Source: Enterobacteria phage vB_EcoM_IME540
Length of the DNA stretch: 64,000 bases
Reading direction: 5' to 3' (one strand)
Sequence record: MT150133.1
Under the pieces are notes generated by a model. That model worked only from the letters and a program-made list of their open reading frames with translations, was not told the DNA's origin and did not search any database. The translations under genes were made by a program, and so were the position numbers. Below, piece by piece: positions 40,401 to 50,790 of this stretch. Every line of letters begins with the position of its first letter. Position 1 is the first letter of the stretch.

Positions 40401-40982
40401 ATGTATTGTACTTACTTAACCATATACACGGGGTCTAAACTACCCCGTCGTTATATTGGCTCAACATACGTTGAAAGGATTCTCAAAGAAGGATATAATG
40501 GTTCTGTATTATCCCAAGCATATAAAAAGATTTGGAATCTAGAACGTAAAGAAAATCCGCACCTTTTCAAAACCAGAATTTTATCTTTATTTGAAACCGA
40601 TAAAGAAGCTCGTATAGCTGAGAAAGAGCTTCAAATAAAGTATAATGTAGTTAAATCTAAAAACTATATAAATATGTCATTAGCTCAGCCTGACGGGTTC
40701 TTTGGAATGTCTCGTAAAGGGATTCCAATGAGTGAACATGCCAAACAGCTACAAAGAGATTGTAGGTTAGGTAAAAAGAGGCCTGAACATTCTAAAGCTC
40801 TAAAAGGACGTAAGCGACCAGACCAAGCCAAAGCTATGTCTGGTGAAGGTAATCCGATGTTTGGTAAAGAACATCCGGCTAAAGGCAAAAAGATTAATCA
40901 GCCAAGGATGATTTGCCCTATCTGTGGTGTTGAATCAACTCGTTCGGCTATAACACGTTATCACAAACATGAAAATGAATGA
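40401..40982 (+). CDS. GIY-YIG-type homing endonuclease (seg-like) with NUMOD-like repeats and C-terminal zinc finger, inserted between genes 19 and 20
   Basis: 193 aa; N-terminal YLTIYTGSKLPRRYIGSTY; repeated basic GKKRPEHSKA / GKEHPAKGKK; CPICGV...H. Confidence 0.7.
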   Translation: MYCTYLTIYTGSKLPRRYIGSTYVERILKEGYNGSVLSQAYKKIWNLERKENPHLFKTRILSLFETDKEARIAEKELQIKYNVVKSKNYINMSLAQPDGFFGMSRKGIPMSEHAKQLQRDCRLGKKRPEHSKALKGRKRPDQAKAMSGEGNPMFGKEHPAKGKKINQPRMICPICGVESTRSAITRYHKHENE

Positions 40983-40983
40983 G

Positions 40984-41018
40984 TATAAATAGAATTATCA
41001 AGGAGCTTCGGCTCCTTA
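40984..41018 (+). promoter_or_regulatory. late promoter TATAAATA (40984-40991) plus leader hairpin AAGGAGC-TTCG-GCTCCTT upstream of gene 20
   Basis: Exact consensus, then a perfect 7-bp stem with TTCG loop, then RBS GGAGA. Confidence 0.55.
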
Positions 41019-41039
41019 TCCCATTCATCGGAGACTCTA

Positions 41040-42614
41040 ATGGCAAACTTTAATACAATATTAAGTTTTCTTAAGCCATGGGCTAATGAAGACGAAAAAG
41101 AATATAAACAACAAATTAATAACAATTTAGAGTCTGTCACCGCACCTAAGCTTGATGATGGCGCTCGCGAAATTGAGACACAAGAGCAAAATATTCCTTA
41201 TAATGCTCTTATGCAACAGATGTTTGGTAGTAATGAGCCTGAAGTTAAAAATACCAGGGAACTTATTGATACCTACCGTAATTTAATGAACAACTATGAA
41301 GTCGACAATGCCGTACAGGAAATTGTGTCTGACGCTATTGTCTATGAGGATGATAAAGAAGTAGTTGCATTGAATTTAGACGGGACAGAATTTAGTCAAG
41401 CAATTAAAGATAAAATCTTGGCCGAATTCAGTGAAGTTTTAAACCTTTTAAATTTCCAACGTAAAGGTACTGACCATTTCCAACGCTGGTATGTAGACTC
41501 AAGAATTTTCTTTCATAAAATTATAAACCCTAAAAAAATGAAAGATGGCGTACAAGAGCTTCGTCGCTTAGACCCACGCCAAGTCCAATATATTCGTGAA
41601 ATCGTTACACGTATGGAAGATGGCGTTAAAGTTGTAGACGGATATCGCGAGTTTTTCGTTTATGATACAGGCCATGAAAGTTATTGCGCTGATGGACGCA
41701 TTTATTCAGCCGGGACTAAAGTTAAAATTCCTCGTGCTGCAGTGGTTTATGCTCATTCTGGATTATTAGATTGTTGTGGTAAAAACATCATTGGCTATTT
41801 GCAACGTGCTATTAAGCCTGCAAACCAGCTTAAATTGATGGAAGACGCAATGGTCATCTACCGTATTACACGTGCTCCTGACCGTCGTGTGTTTTATATC
41901 GATACAGGTAATATGCCTTCACGTAAGGCTGCAGCACAAATGCAACATATCATGAACACGATGAAAAACCGTGTGGTGTATGATGCTTCGACAGGTAAAA
42001 TTAAAAACCAACAACACAATATGTCCATGACTGAAGACTATTGGTTGCAACGTCGTGATGGTAAAGCGGTAACAGAAGTTGATACAATGCCAGGTGCTAC
42101 TGGTATGAGTGATATGGATGACGTTCTTTATTTCCGCACAGCACTTTACCGTGCGTTGCGTGTTCCTGAATCACGTATCCCTAGCGAGTCTAATTCTGGT
42201 GTTATGTTTGATGCCGGTACAGCAATCACTCGTGACGAATTAAAATTCTCTAAATGGATTCGTCAACTACAAAACAAATTTGAAGAAATTTTCCTAGACC
42301 CGTTAAAAACAAACCTCATTCTTAAAAAGATTATTACAGAAGATGAGTGGGAAAAGGAAATAAATAATATTAAAGTTACGTTTAACCGTGATAGCTATTT
42401 CAGTGAAATGAAAGATGCTGAAATCATGGAACGCAGAATCAATATGCTAACGATGGCTGAACCATTTATTGGTAAGTATATTTCACATCAAACGGCTATG
42501 AAAGATTTCCTCCAAATGACCGACGAAGAAATTAATCAAGAAGCTAAGCAAATTGAAGAAGAGTCTAAAGAGGCTCGTTTCCAAAACCCAGATGAAGAAG
42601 AAGAGGATTTCTAA
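41040..42614 (+). CDS. 20: portal vertex protein gp20
   Basis: 524 aa (T4 gp20 is 524 aa); conserved position. Confidence 0.95.
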   Translation: MANFNTILSFLKPWANEDEKEYKQQINNNLESVTAPKLDDGAREIETQEQNIPYNALMQQMFGSNEPEVKNTRELIDTYRNLMNNYEVDNAVQEIVSDAIVYEDDKEVVALNLDGTEFSQAIKDKILAEFSEVLNLLNFQRKGTDHFQRWYVDSRIFFHKIINPKKMKDGVQELRRLDPRQVQYIREIVTRMEDGVKVVDGYREFFVYDTGHESYCADGRIYSAGTKVKIPRAAVVYAHSGLLDCCGKNIIGYLQRAIKPANQLKLMEDAMVIYRITRAPDRRVFYIDTGNMPSRKAAAQMQHIMNTMKNRVVYDASTGKIKNQQHNMSMTEDYWLQRRDGKAVTEVDTMPGATGMSDMDDVLYFRTALYRALRVPESRIPSESNSGVMFDAGTAITRDELKFSKWIRQLQNKFEEIFLDPLKTNLILKKIITEDEWEKEINNIKVTFNRDSYFSEMKDAEIMERRINMLTMAEPFIGKYISHQTAMKDFLQMTDEEINQEAKQIEEESKEARFQNPDEEEEDF

Positions 42615-42859
42615 TGGAAGATTTAATCGAAGCTATTAAATCAAACGACCTCGTAGCAGTTCGTAAAGCAGCAGCCCCGCTTATCGAATCTCGAGTAACC
42701 GCTTTGATTGAAGCCCGTAAAGCAGAAATTGCTCGCTCCGTTATGATTGAAGGCGAAGAAGCTGACGAAGATGACGAAGACGACGAAAAATCCGATAAAG
42801 CAGATAAGAAAGACAAAAAAGAATCTGACGATGCGGATGATGACGAGGACGACGAATAA
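42614..42859 (+). CDS. 67: prohead core protein gp67
   Basis: 81 aa with poly-acidic C-terminus; TAATG-coupled. Confidence 0.8.
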   Translation: MEDLIEAIKSNDLVAVRKAAAPLIESRVTALIEARKAEIARSVMIEGEEADEDDEDDEKSDKADKKDKKESDDADDDEDDE

Positions 42860-43287
42860 TGTTCCTTATCCCTGATGATTACGAATTAACTCTAGAAAGC
42901 GTAGAGGCCAAAATTCCAGAAGCACAGGGACGTTTTGCTGCTCTTTCTGAAGCGCTCGAGAAAAGCGATATAAATAATCTTGTAGAGAACATGATTGCTG
43001 AAGGCGATATCGAATGTGCTATCGCTCTTGGTTCTTTAAATGAATCAATGGCTCTTAACGAATTTATAGTTAAACACGTTTCCTCTAAAGGTGAGCTTAC
43101 TCGTACTAAAGATATTAAAACCCGTCAACGTAATGCGTTCCAAACGACAGGTTTATCTAAAGCAAAACGCCGTCAGATTGCTCGTAAAGCATCTAAAACC
43201 AAACGTGCTAATCCGTCTACTCAAGTACGTGCCGAACGTAAGCGTAAGAAAGCCCGTTCTAAACGTAAAGCTTTTGGACTCAACTAA
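42859..43287 (+). CDS. 68: prohead core protein gp68
   Basis: 142 aa with basic C-terminus; TAATG-coupled. Confidence 0.8.
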   Translation: MFLIPDDYELTLESVEAKIPEAQGRFAALSEALEKSDINNLVENMIAEGDIECAIALGSLNESMALNEFIVKHVSSKGELTRTKDIKTRQRNAFQTTGLSKAKRRQIARKASKTKRANPSTQVRAERKRKKARSKRKAFGLN

Positions 43288-43922
43288 TGAAACCTGAATT
43301 GCTCATCGAACATTGGGGACAACCAGGTGAAATTATCGATGGGGTTCCTATGTTGGAATCTCATGATGGAAAAAATTCTGGGCTTGCTCCCGGCCTTTAT
43401 ATAGAAGGCATTTTCATGCAAGCAGAGGTAGTTAACCGTAATAAACGCCTTTACCCAAAACCTATTTTGGAAAAAGCCGTTGCCGATTATATGGCAGAAC
43501 AGGTTGCTACTAAACAAGCTTTAGGAGAATTAAACCACCCACCTCGTGCTAACGTTGACCCTATGCAAGCTGCTATCATTATTGAAGATATGTGGTGGAA
43601 AGGTAATGATGTTTATGGACGTGCACGTATCATCGAAGGTGACCATGGCCCTGGTGATAAACTAGCTGCAAATATCCGAGCTGGCTGGGTTCCTGGTGTT
43701 AGTTCTCGCGGTCTTGGTTCTTTAACTGAAACCAATAAAGGATATAAGCGTGTAAACGAAGGTTATAAATTAACCGTCGGTGTTGATGCAGTATGGGGAC
43801 CATCTGCTCCTGATGCTTATGTAACTCCGAAGCAAATTACAGAATCACAAACGGTAGAAACCGATACCAGTGCCGATGACGCCTTTATGGCTCTCGCAGA
43901 GGCCATGAAAAAAGCGTTATAA
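43287..43922 (+). CDS. 21: prohead core protease gp21
   Basis: 211 aa ...LIEHWGQPGEIIDGVPMLESHDGK...GELNHPPRANVDPMQAAIIIEDMWWKGNDVYGRARIIEGDHGPGDKLAANIRAGW, matches T4 gp21. Confidence 0.95.
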   Translation: MKPELLIEHWGQPGEIIDGVPMLESHDGKNSGLAPGLYIEGIFMQAEVVNRNKRLYPKPILEKAVADYMAEQVATKQALGELNHPPRANVDPMQAAIIIEDMWWKGNDVYGRARIIEGDHGPGDKLAANIRAGWVPGVSSRGLGSLTETNKGYKRVNEGYKLTVGVDAVWGPSAPDAYVTPKQITESQTVETDTSADDAFMALAEAMKKAL

Positions 43923-43952
43923 ATATTATTATCTAAACAACAGGACTACAAA

Positions 43953-44768
43953 ATGCTTAAAGAACAACTGATCGCCGAAGCACAGAATATTGATGCTTCC
44001 GTTGCTCTTGACAGTATTTTCGAATCAGTTAATATTTCTCCGGAAGCAAAAGAAACTTTCGGCACTGTATTCGAAGCTACCGTCAAGCAACACGCCGTGA
44101 AACTGGCTGAATCTCACATCGCTAAAATCGCTGAAAAAGCGGAAGAAGAAGTCGAGAAAAATAAAGAAGAAGCTGAAGAAAAAGCCGATAAGAAAATCCA
44201 AGAAGCTGCCGGTCGTTTCCTTGACCACGTTGCTAAAGAATGGATGGCTGAAAACCAGCTGGCTGTTGATAAAGGTATTAAAGCCGAACTGTTCGAATCC
44301 ATGTTGATGGGTATGAAAGAACTGTTTGTTGAACACAATGTGGTTGTTCCAGAAGAAGCAGTAGATGTTGTTGCTGAAATGGAAGAAGAACTCCAAGAGC
44401 AGAAAGATGAAACCGCTCGTCTGTTCGAAGAAGTTGGTAAGCGCGACGCGTATATTAATTACGTACAGCGTGAAGTTGCTGTTACGGAAGCAACTAAAGA
44501 CCTGACTGAATCCCAAAAAGAAAAAGTTAGTTCTCTGGTAGAAGGCATGGATTATTCCGATGCATTCGGTAAAAAAATTGGCGCTATTGTTGAAATGGTT
44601 AAAGGTCAATCTGACGTTGAAAACCCAATCACCGAAGCCGCTATAAATAAAAATGTAGACGATGCTGCGGCACTGAATTACATTTCAGAAGCAGTTGAAG
44701 AAAAAGGCGCTAAGCCTACCCTGTCCTTCGCGGACCTGTCTGCAATCGCAGCATCACGAATTTCTTAA
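43953..44768 (+). CDS. 22: prohead core scaffold protein gp22
   Basis: 271 aa, acidic coiled-coil protein; conserved position. Confidence 0.9.
   Translation: MLKEQLIAEAQNIDASVALDSIFESVNISPEAKETFGTVFEATVKQHAVKLAESHIAKIAEKAEEEVEKNKEEAEEKADKKIQEAAGRFLDHVAKEWMAENQLAVDKGIKAELFESMLMGMKELFVEHNVVVPEEAVDVVAEMEEELQEQKDETARLFEEVGKRDAYINYVQREVAVTEATKDLTESQKEKVSSLVEGMDYSDAFGKKIGAIVEMVKGQSDVENPITEAAINKNVDDAAALNYISEAVEEKGAKPTLSFADLSAIAASRIS
44642..44649 (+). promoter_or_regulatory. candidate late promoter TATAAATA for gene 23, inside the 3' end of gene 22
   Basis: Exact consensus ~140 nt upstream of gene 23 ATG; no consensus box in the short 22-23 spacer. Confidence 0.4.
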
Positions 44769-44789
44769 TTTAATAAGGTTATACAACAC

Positions 44790-46349
44790 ATGAAAAAGAA
44801 TGCATTAGTTCAAAAATGGTCCGCTCTGCTGGAAAACGAAGCCCTTCCTGAAATCGTGGGTGCTTCTAAACAAGCTATCATTGCTAAAATTTTCGAAAAC
44901 CAGGAACAAGATATTCTGACCGCTCCTGAATACCGTGACGAAAAAATCTCCGAAGCATTTGGTTCTTTCCTGACCGAAGCTGAAATTGGCGGTGACCACG
45001 GTTATGATGCTACCAATATCGCAGCTGGCCAGACTTCTGGTGCTGTAACTCAGATTGGGCCGGCAGTAATGGGTATGGTTCGTCGTGCTATTCCTCATCT
45101 GATTGCTTTTGATATTTGTGGTGTTCAGCCTCTGAATAACCCTACCGGCCAGGTATTTGCCCTTCGTGCAGTTTATGGTAAAGACCCTATCGCTGCTGGC
45201 GCTAAAGAAGCTTTCCATCCGATGTATTCTCCGGACGCTATGTTCTCTGGTCAGGGCGCTGCTGAAACTTTCGAAGCACTGGCTGCAAGCAAAGTTCTGG
45301 AAGTTGGTAAAATTTATTCTCACTTCTTCGAAGCTACCGGTGCTGCACACTTCCAGGCTGTTGAAGCCGTAACCGTTGATGCTGCTGCTACTGATGCCGC
45401 TAAACTGGATGCTGCTATTACCGCTTTGATTGAAGCTGGTAAGTTGGCTGAATTGGCTGAAGGTATGGCTACTTCTATCGCTGAACTTCAGGAAGGCTTT
45501 AACGGTTCCCAGGACAACCCGTGGAACGAAATGGGCTTCCGCATCGACAAACAAGTTATCGAAGCTAAATCCCGTCAGCTGAAAGCAAGCTATTCTATCG
45601 AACTGGCACAGGACCTTCGTGCAGTACACGGTATGGATGCAGATGCTGAACTGTCCGGTATCCTTGCTACCGAAATTATGCTCGAAATCAACCGTGAAGT
45701 TATCGATTGGATTAACTACTCTGCACAGGTTGGTAAATCTGGTATGACCAACACCGTTGGCGCTAAAGCTGGTGTGTTTGACTTCCAGGACCCGATTGAT
45801 ATCCGTGGTGCTCGTTGGGCCGGTGAGAGCTTTAAAGCCCTTCTGTTCCAGATTGATAAAGAAGCAGCCGAAATCGCTCGTCAGACCGGTCGTGGTGCTG
45901 GTAACTTCATCATCGCTTCCCGTAACGTAGTTAACGTACTGGCTGCAGTTGATACTTCTGTAAGTTATGCAGCTCAAGGTCTGGGTCAAGGTTTCAACGT
46001 TGACACAACCAAAGCAGTATTTGCCGGTGTTCTTGGTGGTAAATATCGCGTTTACATCGACCAGTATGCACGTTCCGATTACTTCACCATCGGTTATAAA
46101 GGCGCTAACGAAATGGACGCAGGTATCTACTATGCTCCGTACGTTGCACTGACCCCGCTGCGTGGTTCCGATCCGAAGAACTTCCAACCGGTAATGGGCT
46201 TCAAAACTCGTTACGGTATCGGTATCAACCCGTTCGCTGACCCGTCTGCACAGGCTCCTACCAAACGTATTCAGAGCGGTATGCCTGACATCGTTAACAG
46301 CCTTGGTCTGAATGGTTACTTCCGTCGCGTATATGTTAAAGGTATCTAA
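44790..46349 (+). CDS. 23: major capsid protein gp23
   Basis: 519 aa; extensive match to T4 gp23. Confidence 0.95.
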   Translation: MKKNALVQKWSALLENEALPEIVGASKQAIIAKIFENQEQDILTAPEYRDEKISEAFGSFLTEAEIGGDHGYDATNIAAGQTSGAVTQIGPAVMGMVRRAIPHLIAFDICGVQPLNNPTGQVFALRAVYGKDPIAAGAKEAFHPMYSPDAMFSGQGAAETFEALAASKVLEVGKIYSHFFEATGAAHFQAVEAVTVDAAATDAAKLDAAITALIEAGKLAELAEGMATSIAELQEGFNGSQDNPWNEMGFRIDKQVIEAKSRQLKASYSIELAQDLRAVHGMDADAELSGILATEIMLEINREVIDWINYSAQVGKSGMTNTVGAKAGVFDFQDPIDIRGARWAGESFKALLFQIDKEAAEIARQTGRGAGNFIIASRNVVNVLAAVDTSVSYAAQGLGQGFNVDTTKAVFAGVLGGKYRVYIDQYARSDYFTIGYKGANEMDAGIYYAPYVALTPLRGSDPKNFQPVMGFKTRYGIGINPFADPSAQAPTKRIQSGMPDIVNSLGLNGYFRRVYVKGI

Positions 46350-46365
46350 GATATAACCTTATTAT

Positions 46366-46383
46366 GGGAGACTTCGGTCTCCC
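46366..46383. terminator. stem-loop GGGAGAC-TTCG-GTCTCCC after gene 23
   Basis: Perfect 7-bp stem with UUCG-type loop followed by T-rich sequence; same stem as at 6331-6348. Confidence 0.6.
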
Positions 46384-46398
46384 ATTCTTGTTTCTGTA

Positions 46399-46665
46399 TT
46401 ATGCAATCTTAACTCGGCGGTTGATGATATCACGGAAGTCAATACGATTTTCTTGGATTTTCAGCCAGTTACCAGATTTGTCTTTGGTATGGGTAGAGTA
46501 TTCACCGTTCCACCAGAAGTCGGTAGCATAAGCCATGGCTTCGTATTTCTTAACTAAGGCATTCACTGCATTACCATTAGGATTGTTACCGAATTTTTCT
46601 ACCAGAGCTTTGATGTCTTTATCAAGAGCGGAAAGAGTAGTACGAATAAAGTTTAACTTGTTCAT
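46399..46665 (-). CDS. hypothetical protein, 88 aa, on the opposite strand between genes 23 and 24
   Basis: Start at ATG 46665-46663 with RBS GAGGAG; own early promoter cassette upstream. Confidence 0.5.
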   Translation of the reverse strand: MNKLNFIRTTLSALDKDIKALVEKFGNNPNGNAVNALVKKYEAMAYATDFWWNGEYSTHTKDKSGNWLKIQENRIDFRDIINRRVKIA

Positions 46666-46694
46666 TTTTAATCTCCTCATGTTTTGATAGGTCT

Positions 46695-46724
46695 ATAGTA
46701 ACATGTGAGAATCTTGCTGTAAAC
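46695..46724 (-). promoter_or_regulatory. early promoter cassette (-35 GTTTAC, 18 bp, -10 TACTAT)
   Basis: Minus strand GTTTACAGCAAGATTCTCACATGTTACTATAGACCTATCAAAACATGAGGAGATTAAAA-ATG. Confidence 0.5.
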
Positions 46725-46730
46725 AACTTT

Positions 46731-46738
46731 TATAAATA
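46731..46738 (+). promoter_or_regulatory. late promoter TATAAATA for gene 24
   Basis: Exact consensus 29 nt upstream of ATG 46767, back-to-back with the minus-strand early promoter. Confidence 0.6.
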
Positions 46739-46766
46739 AACATATACCCTCAATAAGGAAAGCGCA

Positions 46767-48050
46767 ATGGCAAAGATTAACGAATTACTGCGCGAGTCAA
46801 CAACTACTTCCAGCAACTCATTGGGTCGCCCTAATCTTGTTGCTTTGACCCGTGCTACAACCAAATTGATTTACCGTGATATTATCGCCGAACAACGTAC
46901 TAGCCAGCCTATTGCTGCACTGTATGGTGTCAAATATCTTACCCCTGATAATGAATTTAGTTTCCAGACAGGTGCCTCTTATGGTGGTGAAGTTGGTTCT
47001 AAAGACCGTGAAACTATCCCAGAACTCACAGATAAGGCCCAGGCGATTGCTCAGGGTGAATATTTCAAGTACCAGAATGTGGTTTATAAGGCTCTTAAAG
47101 CAAGCCCACTCGCGTCCACTAGCGCCACAGAATTGGCTGATGCTCTTCAAGAAGGTTTAGTGTCATTAACATGTCGTCTGGTTCCTGATGCTGCCCATAC
47201 CACTAAATTTGAAGCGAGTGATGTAGAAATCTCTGATGCTGTATTCCAGGTTAATAAATGGAATGCTCCGGTTAAGACCCGTAAATTGAAGACGGCTTTG
47301 ACTGTAGAATTAGCGCAGGATATGGAATCAAATGGCTTTGACGCGCCGGCGTTCTTAGAAGACCTCTTGGCTACAGTAATGGCAGATGAAATTAATAAAG
47401 ACGTTCTGCAATCTCTAATAACCGTATCCAAACGTTATAAAGTTACTGGTGTATCTGATAACGGCATCATCGATTTGTCTTATGACAGTGCTCCTGAATC
47501 TGCACGTAAACTTTATGAACTCGTTTGTGAGATGAATTCTGAAATCCAGAAAACTACTTCTTATTCTGGCACGTTTGTTGTGGCTTCAAGTCGTGTGGCT
47601 GCAATGCTTGCAGGTTCTGGCTGGTTAAAACATAAACCCGAAGATAATAATTGGCTTCCGGAAACTGCATACGGATATTTGTTGAATGGTCTGCCTCTGT
47701 TTTGTGACGTTAACAGTCCATTAGATTATGTTACCGTTGGTGTTAAAGAGAATTACGGCGGTAATGAAGTTGTCGGTTCTATTTTCTACGCTCCCTATAC
47801 CGAAGGCTTAGATTTAGATGACCAAGAACACGTCGGTGCTTATAAGGTTATTGTTGACCCGGATTCATTACAACCTTCTATTTCTCTGATGGTTCGTTAT
47901 GCACTATCAGCTAACCCGTACACCGTGGCTAAAGACGATAAAGAAGCTCGTGTTATCGATGCAACCAATATGGATTTAATGGCTGGACAGAGCAATATGT
48001 CTTATCTGGTTGGCGTTAAACTTCCGGCAATTATTTACGAGGCTGATTAA
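46767..48050 (+). CDS. 24: head vertex protein gp24
   Basis: 427 aa MAKINELLRESTTTSSNSLGRPNLVALTRATTKLIYRD..., matches T4 gp24. Confidence 0.9.
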   Translation: MAKINELLRESTTTSSNSLGRPNLVALTRATTKLIYRDIIAEQRTSQPIAALYGVKYLTPDNEFSFQTGASYGGEVGSKDRETIPELTDKAQAIAQGEYFKYQNVVYKALKASPLASTSATELADALQEGLVSLTCRLVPDAAHTTKFEASDVEISDAVFQVNKWNAPVKTRKLKTALTVELAQDMESNGFDAPAFLEDLLATVMADEINKDVLQSLITVSKRYKVTGVSDNGIIDLSYDSAPESARKLYELVCEMNSEIQKTTSYSGTFVVASSRVAAMLAGSGWLKHKPEDNNWLPETAYGYLLNGLPLFCDVNSPLDYVTVGVKENYGGNEVVGSIFYAPYTEGLDLDDQEHVGAYKVIVDPDSLQPSISLMVRYALSANPYTVAKDDKEARVIDATNMDLMAGQSNMSYLVGVKLPAIIYEAD

Positions 48051-49330
48051 TGTCTAAGATTGTAGACCTAATTAAAGAATCCACATTGACGGCTGCCAGC
48101 TCGGTTGGCCGTCCTGCTCTTCTTTCATACACCCAAGCAACTAATAAACGAATCTTTAAAGCCCTAGTTGCTGAACAAAAAACAAATCAACCGGTTGCTG
48201 CTCTGTATGGGGTACGTGTACTGAATCCTGACGACAAAATGACTTATCTTGGTGGAGCAACATTTGCGGGCCAGATTGGTATGACGGAACGTGAAAATAT
48301 TCCAGAATTTACTGATTCATCTACAGCTTATGCGGTCGGTGATATGTTCCAGTTTGAAAGCGTAGTGTTTAAAGTTCTAGAAGCATCTCCTTTCGCCGGA
48401 ACCACAGAAACCAACCTCAGCGAAGTTATTTCTGAAGCAGTGGCAGCCGGCCATATCCGTATGGCGTCGGATGCTGCTATTACTTCTAAATTTGAACAAG
48501 GCCATCCTGAAATTGCTGAAACCGGATTCCGTATCGACAAATGGCAATCTGAAGTTAAATCGCGTAAACTGAAAACTTCATTGACAGTCGAATTAGCCCA
48601 AGACCTAGAATCTAACGGGTTTAATGCTCCTAATTTCGTTGAAAATCTGCTAGGCATTCAAATGGCAGAAGAAATTAATAAGGATGTATTACAGTCATTA
48701 ATTACCGTGAGCTCTCGTTTTAAAGTCCAGGGTGTTTCTGAAAAGGGTGTATTAGACCTTACCAACCCTCGCTACGATAATGCCCAGGACCGTGCTCGCA
48801 CATTATATTATTATATGTGTGAGATGAACTCTGCCGTCCAACGACAGACTTCTTTTGCCGGGACTTATGCAGTAGCTAGTTCTCGTTGTGCTGCTATTCT
48901 CGCCGCCTCTGGTTGGGTTGAGAAAAAGGAAGACCAGGACGAATTGGCTTATGGTATATTAAAGAATGGCCTACCACTTTATGCTGATATGAATAGTCCA
49001 TGTGATTATGTTATTGTTGGTGTAAATGCCCAGATGGGTGAAGGACAGACGGTCGCATCTTTATATTATGCGCCTTATACGGAAGGTTTGAATGTGGTTG
49101 ACGAAGAAGGTGATACTTCAGTTGGTGAATTTAAGGTTATTGTTGACCCGGAAAGCTTACAACCTACAGTAGCATTGCTTGCTCGTTATGCATTGACTGC
49201 AAACCCTTATACCGTCGCTAAGGACGATAAAGAAGCCCGCATTATTGATGGTTCTGATATGGACAAAATGGCTAATCAAAGTCAATTGAGTTCTTATCTC
49301 GGCGTAAAATTACCGCCTTTAGAAAAATAA
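48050..49330 (+). CDS. second gp24-family head vertex paralog
   Basis: 426 aa MSKIVDLIKESTLTAASSVGRPALLSYTQATNKRIFKALVAEQKTNQP...; collinear with the upstream gp24 at roughly half of positions identical by eye; TAATG-coupled. Confidence 0.85.
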   Translation: MSKIVDLIKESTLTAASSVGRPALLSYTQATNKRIFKALVAEQKTNQPVAALYGVRVLNPDDKMTYLGGATFAGQIGMTERENIPEFTDSSTAYAVGDMFQFESVVFKVLEASPFAGTTETNLSEVISEAVAAGHIRMASDAAITSKFEQGHPEIAETGFRIDKWQSEVKSRKLKTSLTVELAQDLESNGFNAPNFVENLLGIQMAEEINKDVLQSLITVSSRFKVQGVSEKGVLDLTNPRYDNAQDRARTLYYYMCEMNSAVQRQTSFAGTYAVASSRCAAILAASGWVEKKEDQDELAYGILKNGLPLYADMNSPCDYVIVGVNAQMGEGQTVASLYYAPYTEGLNVVDEEGDTSVGEFKVIVDPESLQPTVALLARYALTANPYTVAKDDKEARIIDGSDMDKMANQSQLSSYLGVKLPPLEK

Positions 49331-49352
49331 AAGGGACCTTGCGGCCCTTTAT
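49329..49352. terminator. bidirectional terminator hairpin between the gp24 paralog and rnlB
   Basis: AAGGGACC-TTGC-GGCCCTTT with T-rich flank on both strands. Confidence 0.5.
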
Positions 49353-49355
49353 CAT

Positions 49356-50363
49356 TTATTTGGATACTAGTTCAATCCATACGGCTCGTAGGGTATCTTT
49401 TACACACTCAACGAGCTGCTTTTTAACTTCAACAGGATTTTCTGCATCAGTTAATTCTAATTCTTCACGGGCAGCTTCTTCTAAGATATCTTGGACTGCC
49501 AAGCCCATTACCTTTCCAAAATCCTTCGGCGATACTTCGCCAATCTTACTGATAACGTTGTTAATACGGTTAACAGTCACATAATCAGTGAATTGCCACA
49601 TCAAATCCATATCGTCTTGGGACAAAACTACAGCCGCCTTAATAGGCTTATCAGACTTTTTCTTCTCGCTGAATTTAGAGTTCTTACATTTAATCGCCAC
49701 GCGATTTCCATTAGGAAGCCAGATAGGAATATCGGGTTTAAGTACAAAGCCTTCAGCCGTGAATACTTTACCTTCTACCTTAGGAATAAAGTCTGTAGAG
49801 TTTGCAATAGTTAGGCCTGCGTTATCAACCGCAAAATTATAATCAGGAATAACTGAATCAAAGTCATTAGGTAATTTAATAAGGTCTTCAAAGCTACCAG
49901 TAGCCAGACATGGCGCGACCTTAAACTTATGGATAATACAGAAGGCTTCCATCAATGTATCGGTTAGAACAGATTCTGAACCATCTTCTTTAGTAACTCG
50001 GATATCGAACACATAAAAGTCTTTATCGCCGTAGTCCACATTCTTCTGGATGCCTGTCCCAGCGAATTCGCCATAAATCTGGTATGACTGATAATTAATC
50101 GATTCAATTAGATGTTGAACTGATTTAATAGAATCAGCGTAGTTCTTAAGTACAATTTCATAACCATAGAAATCTTCAGCAGGGAGGATAGGGCCAGTGC
50201 GCTTGGCGCATGTGACTGCGTCACGTTCTATGATTAAACTAAAGTTGGTTCCATGAATCTTCTCACGTGCTACCCATTCACCACCAGTCAAACCGTTAGT
50301 ACGGAGTTTTTCGATAAACTTACTGTTGTAGTGGTTTTCGAGACTGCTATATTTCTTGAACAT
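49356..50363 (-). CDS. rnlB: RNA ligase 2
   Basis: 335 aa; [20 protein letters not shown]...[10 protein letters not shown] (KxHG adenylation motif)...[22 protein letters not shown], matches T4 Rnl2 nearly residue for residue. Confidence 0.95.
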   Translation of the reverse strand: MFKKYSSLENHYNSKFIEKLRTNGLTGGEWVAREKIHGTNFSLIIERDAVTCAKRTGPILPAEDFYGYEIVLKNYADSIKSVQHLIESINYQSYQIYGEFAGTGIQKNVDYGDKDFYVFDIRVTKEDGSESVLTDTLMEAFCIIHKFKVAPCLATGSFEDLIKLPNDFDSVIPDYNFAVDNAGLTIANSTDFIPKVEGKVFTAEGFVLKPDIPIWLPNGNRVAIKCKNSKFSEKKKSDKPIKAAVVLSQDDMDLMWQFTDYVTVNRINNVISKIGEVSPKDFGKVMGLAVQDILEEAAREELELTDAENPVEVKKQLVECVKDTLRAVWIELVSK

Positions 50364-50477
50364 AAATCACCATAATAAATATAATTAAATAGAAGAGCTA
50401 GTAGTCTTCTGTCACCAAGCCAAATGGGTTAACGGAAGGACCTAGACCCATTATATCACACCTAAATTTAAAGCATA

Positions 50478-50687
50478 TTACTTTGAACTAGAACGCGCTT
50501 TGCGCCGAACCTTGTTGTTCAATCTTTTACGATAAACAACCTTTTCTTTCGCTTTAAATTTGGCCTTGGCTTGTTCTACATCAACCCATGCTTTGGCCAT
50601 GTCCTTAGCGGTCCCACCCATTTTTTTAGCAATTTCTATAAAATTCAACCCAGATTCGTGTAAAAAATGTACTTTAACCTTATCCAT
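50478..50687 (-). CDS. small basic protein with possible helix-turn-helix, 69 aa
   Basis: Start at internal ATG 50687 with RBS GAGAGAA; segment GLNFIEIAKKMGGTAKDMAKAW looks HTH-like; Lys/Arg-rich C-terminus. Confidence 0.45.
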   Translation of the reverse strand: MDKVKVHFLHESGLNFIEIAKKMGGTAKDMAKAWVDVEQAKAKFKAKEKVVYRKRLNNKVRRKARSSSK

Positions 50688-50770
50688 AACAATTCTCTCG
50701 TTGAGTTGGTAAACCCATCTTAACATAGAATTTTTAACTTGTAAACAGGAATTTTGTACTTTAACGCAAA

Positions 50771-50788
50771 ATGGGCCTTGCGGCCCAT
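50771..50788. terminator. hairpin ATGGGCC-TTGC-GGCCCAT downstream of hoc
   Basis: Perfect 7-bp stem with tetraloop. Confidence 0.5.
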
Positions 50789-50790
50789 TA

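Noticed and set aside
40666-40673. TATAAATA box inside the GIY-YIG endonuclease coding sequence
   Set aside because: Intragenic occurrence in AT-rich coding DNA with a better-placed box downstream at 40984; the 8-mer alone is not enough to call a promoter.
44805-46187. 460-aa minus-strand ORF antisense to gene 23, and similar long antisense ORFs at 44025-44609 (gene 22), 31139-32143 (wac), 37690-38643 (gene 18), 58481-59242 (gene 29)
   Set aside because: The opposite strand encodes clearly recognisable conserved structural proteins; the antisense products are low-complexity and have no start signals.
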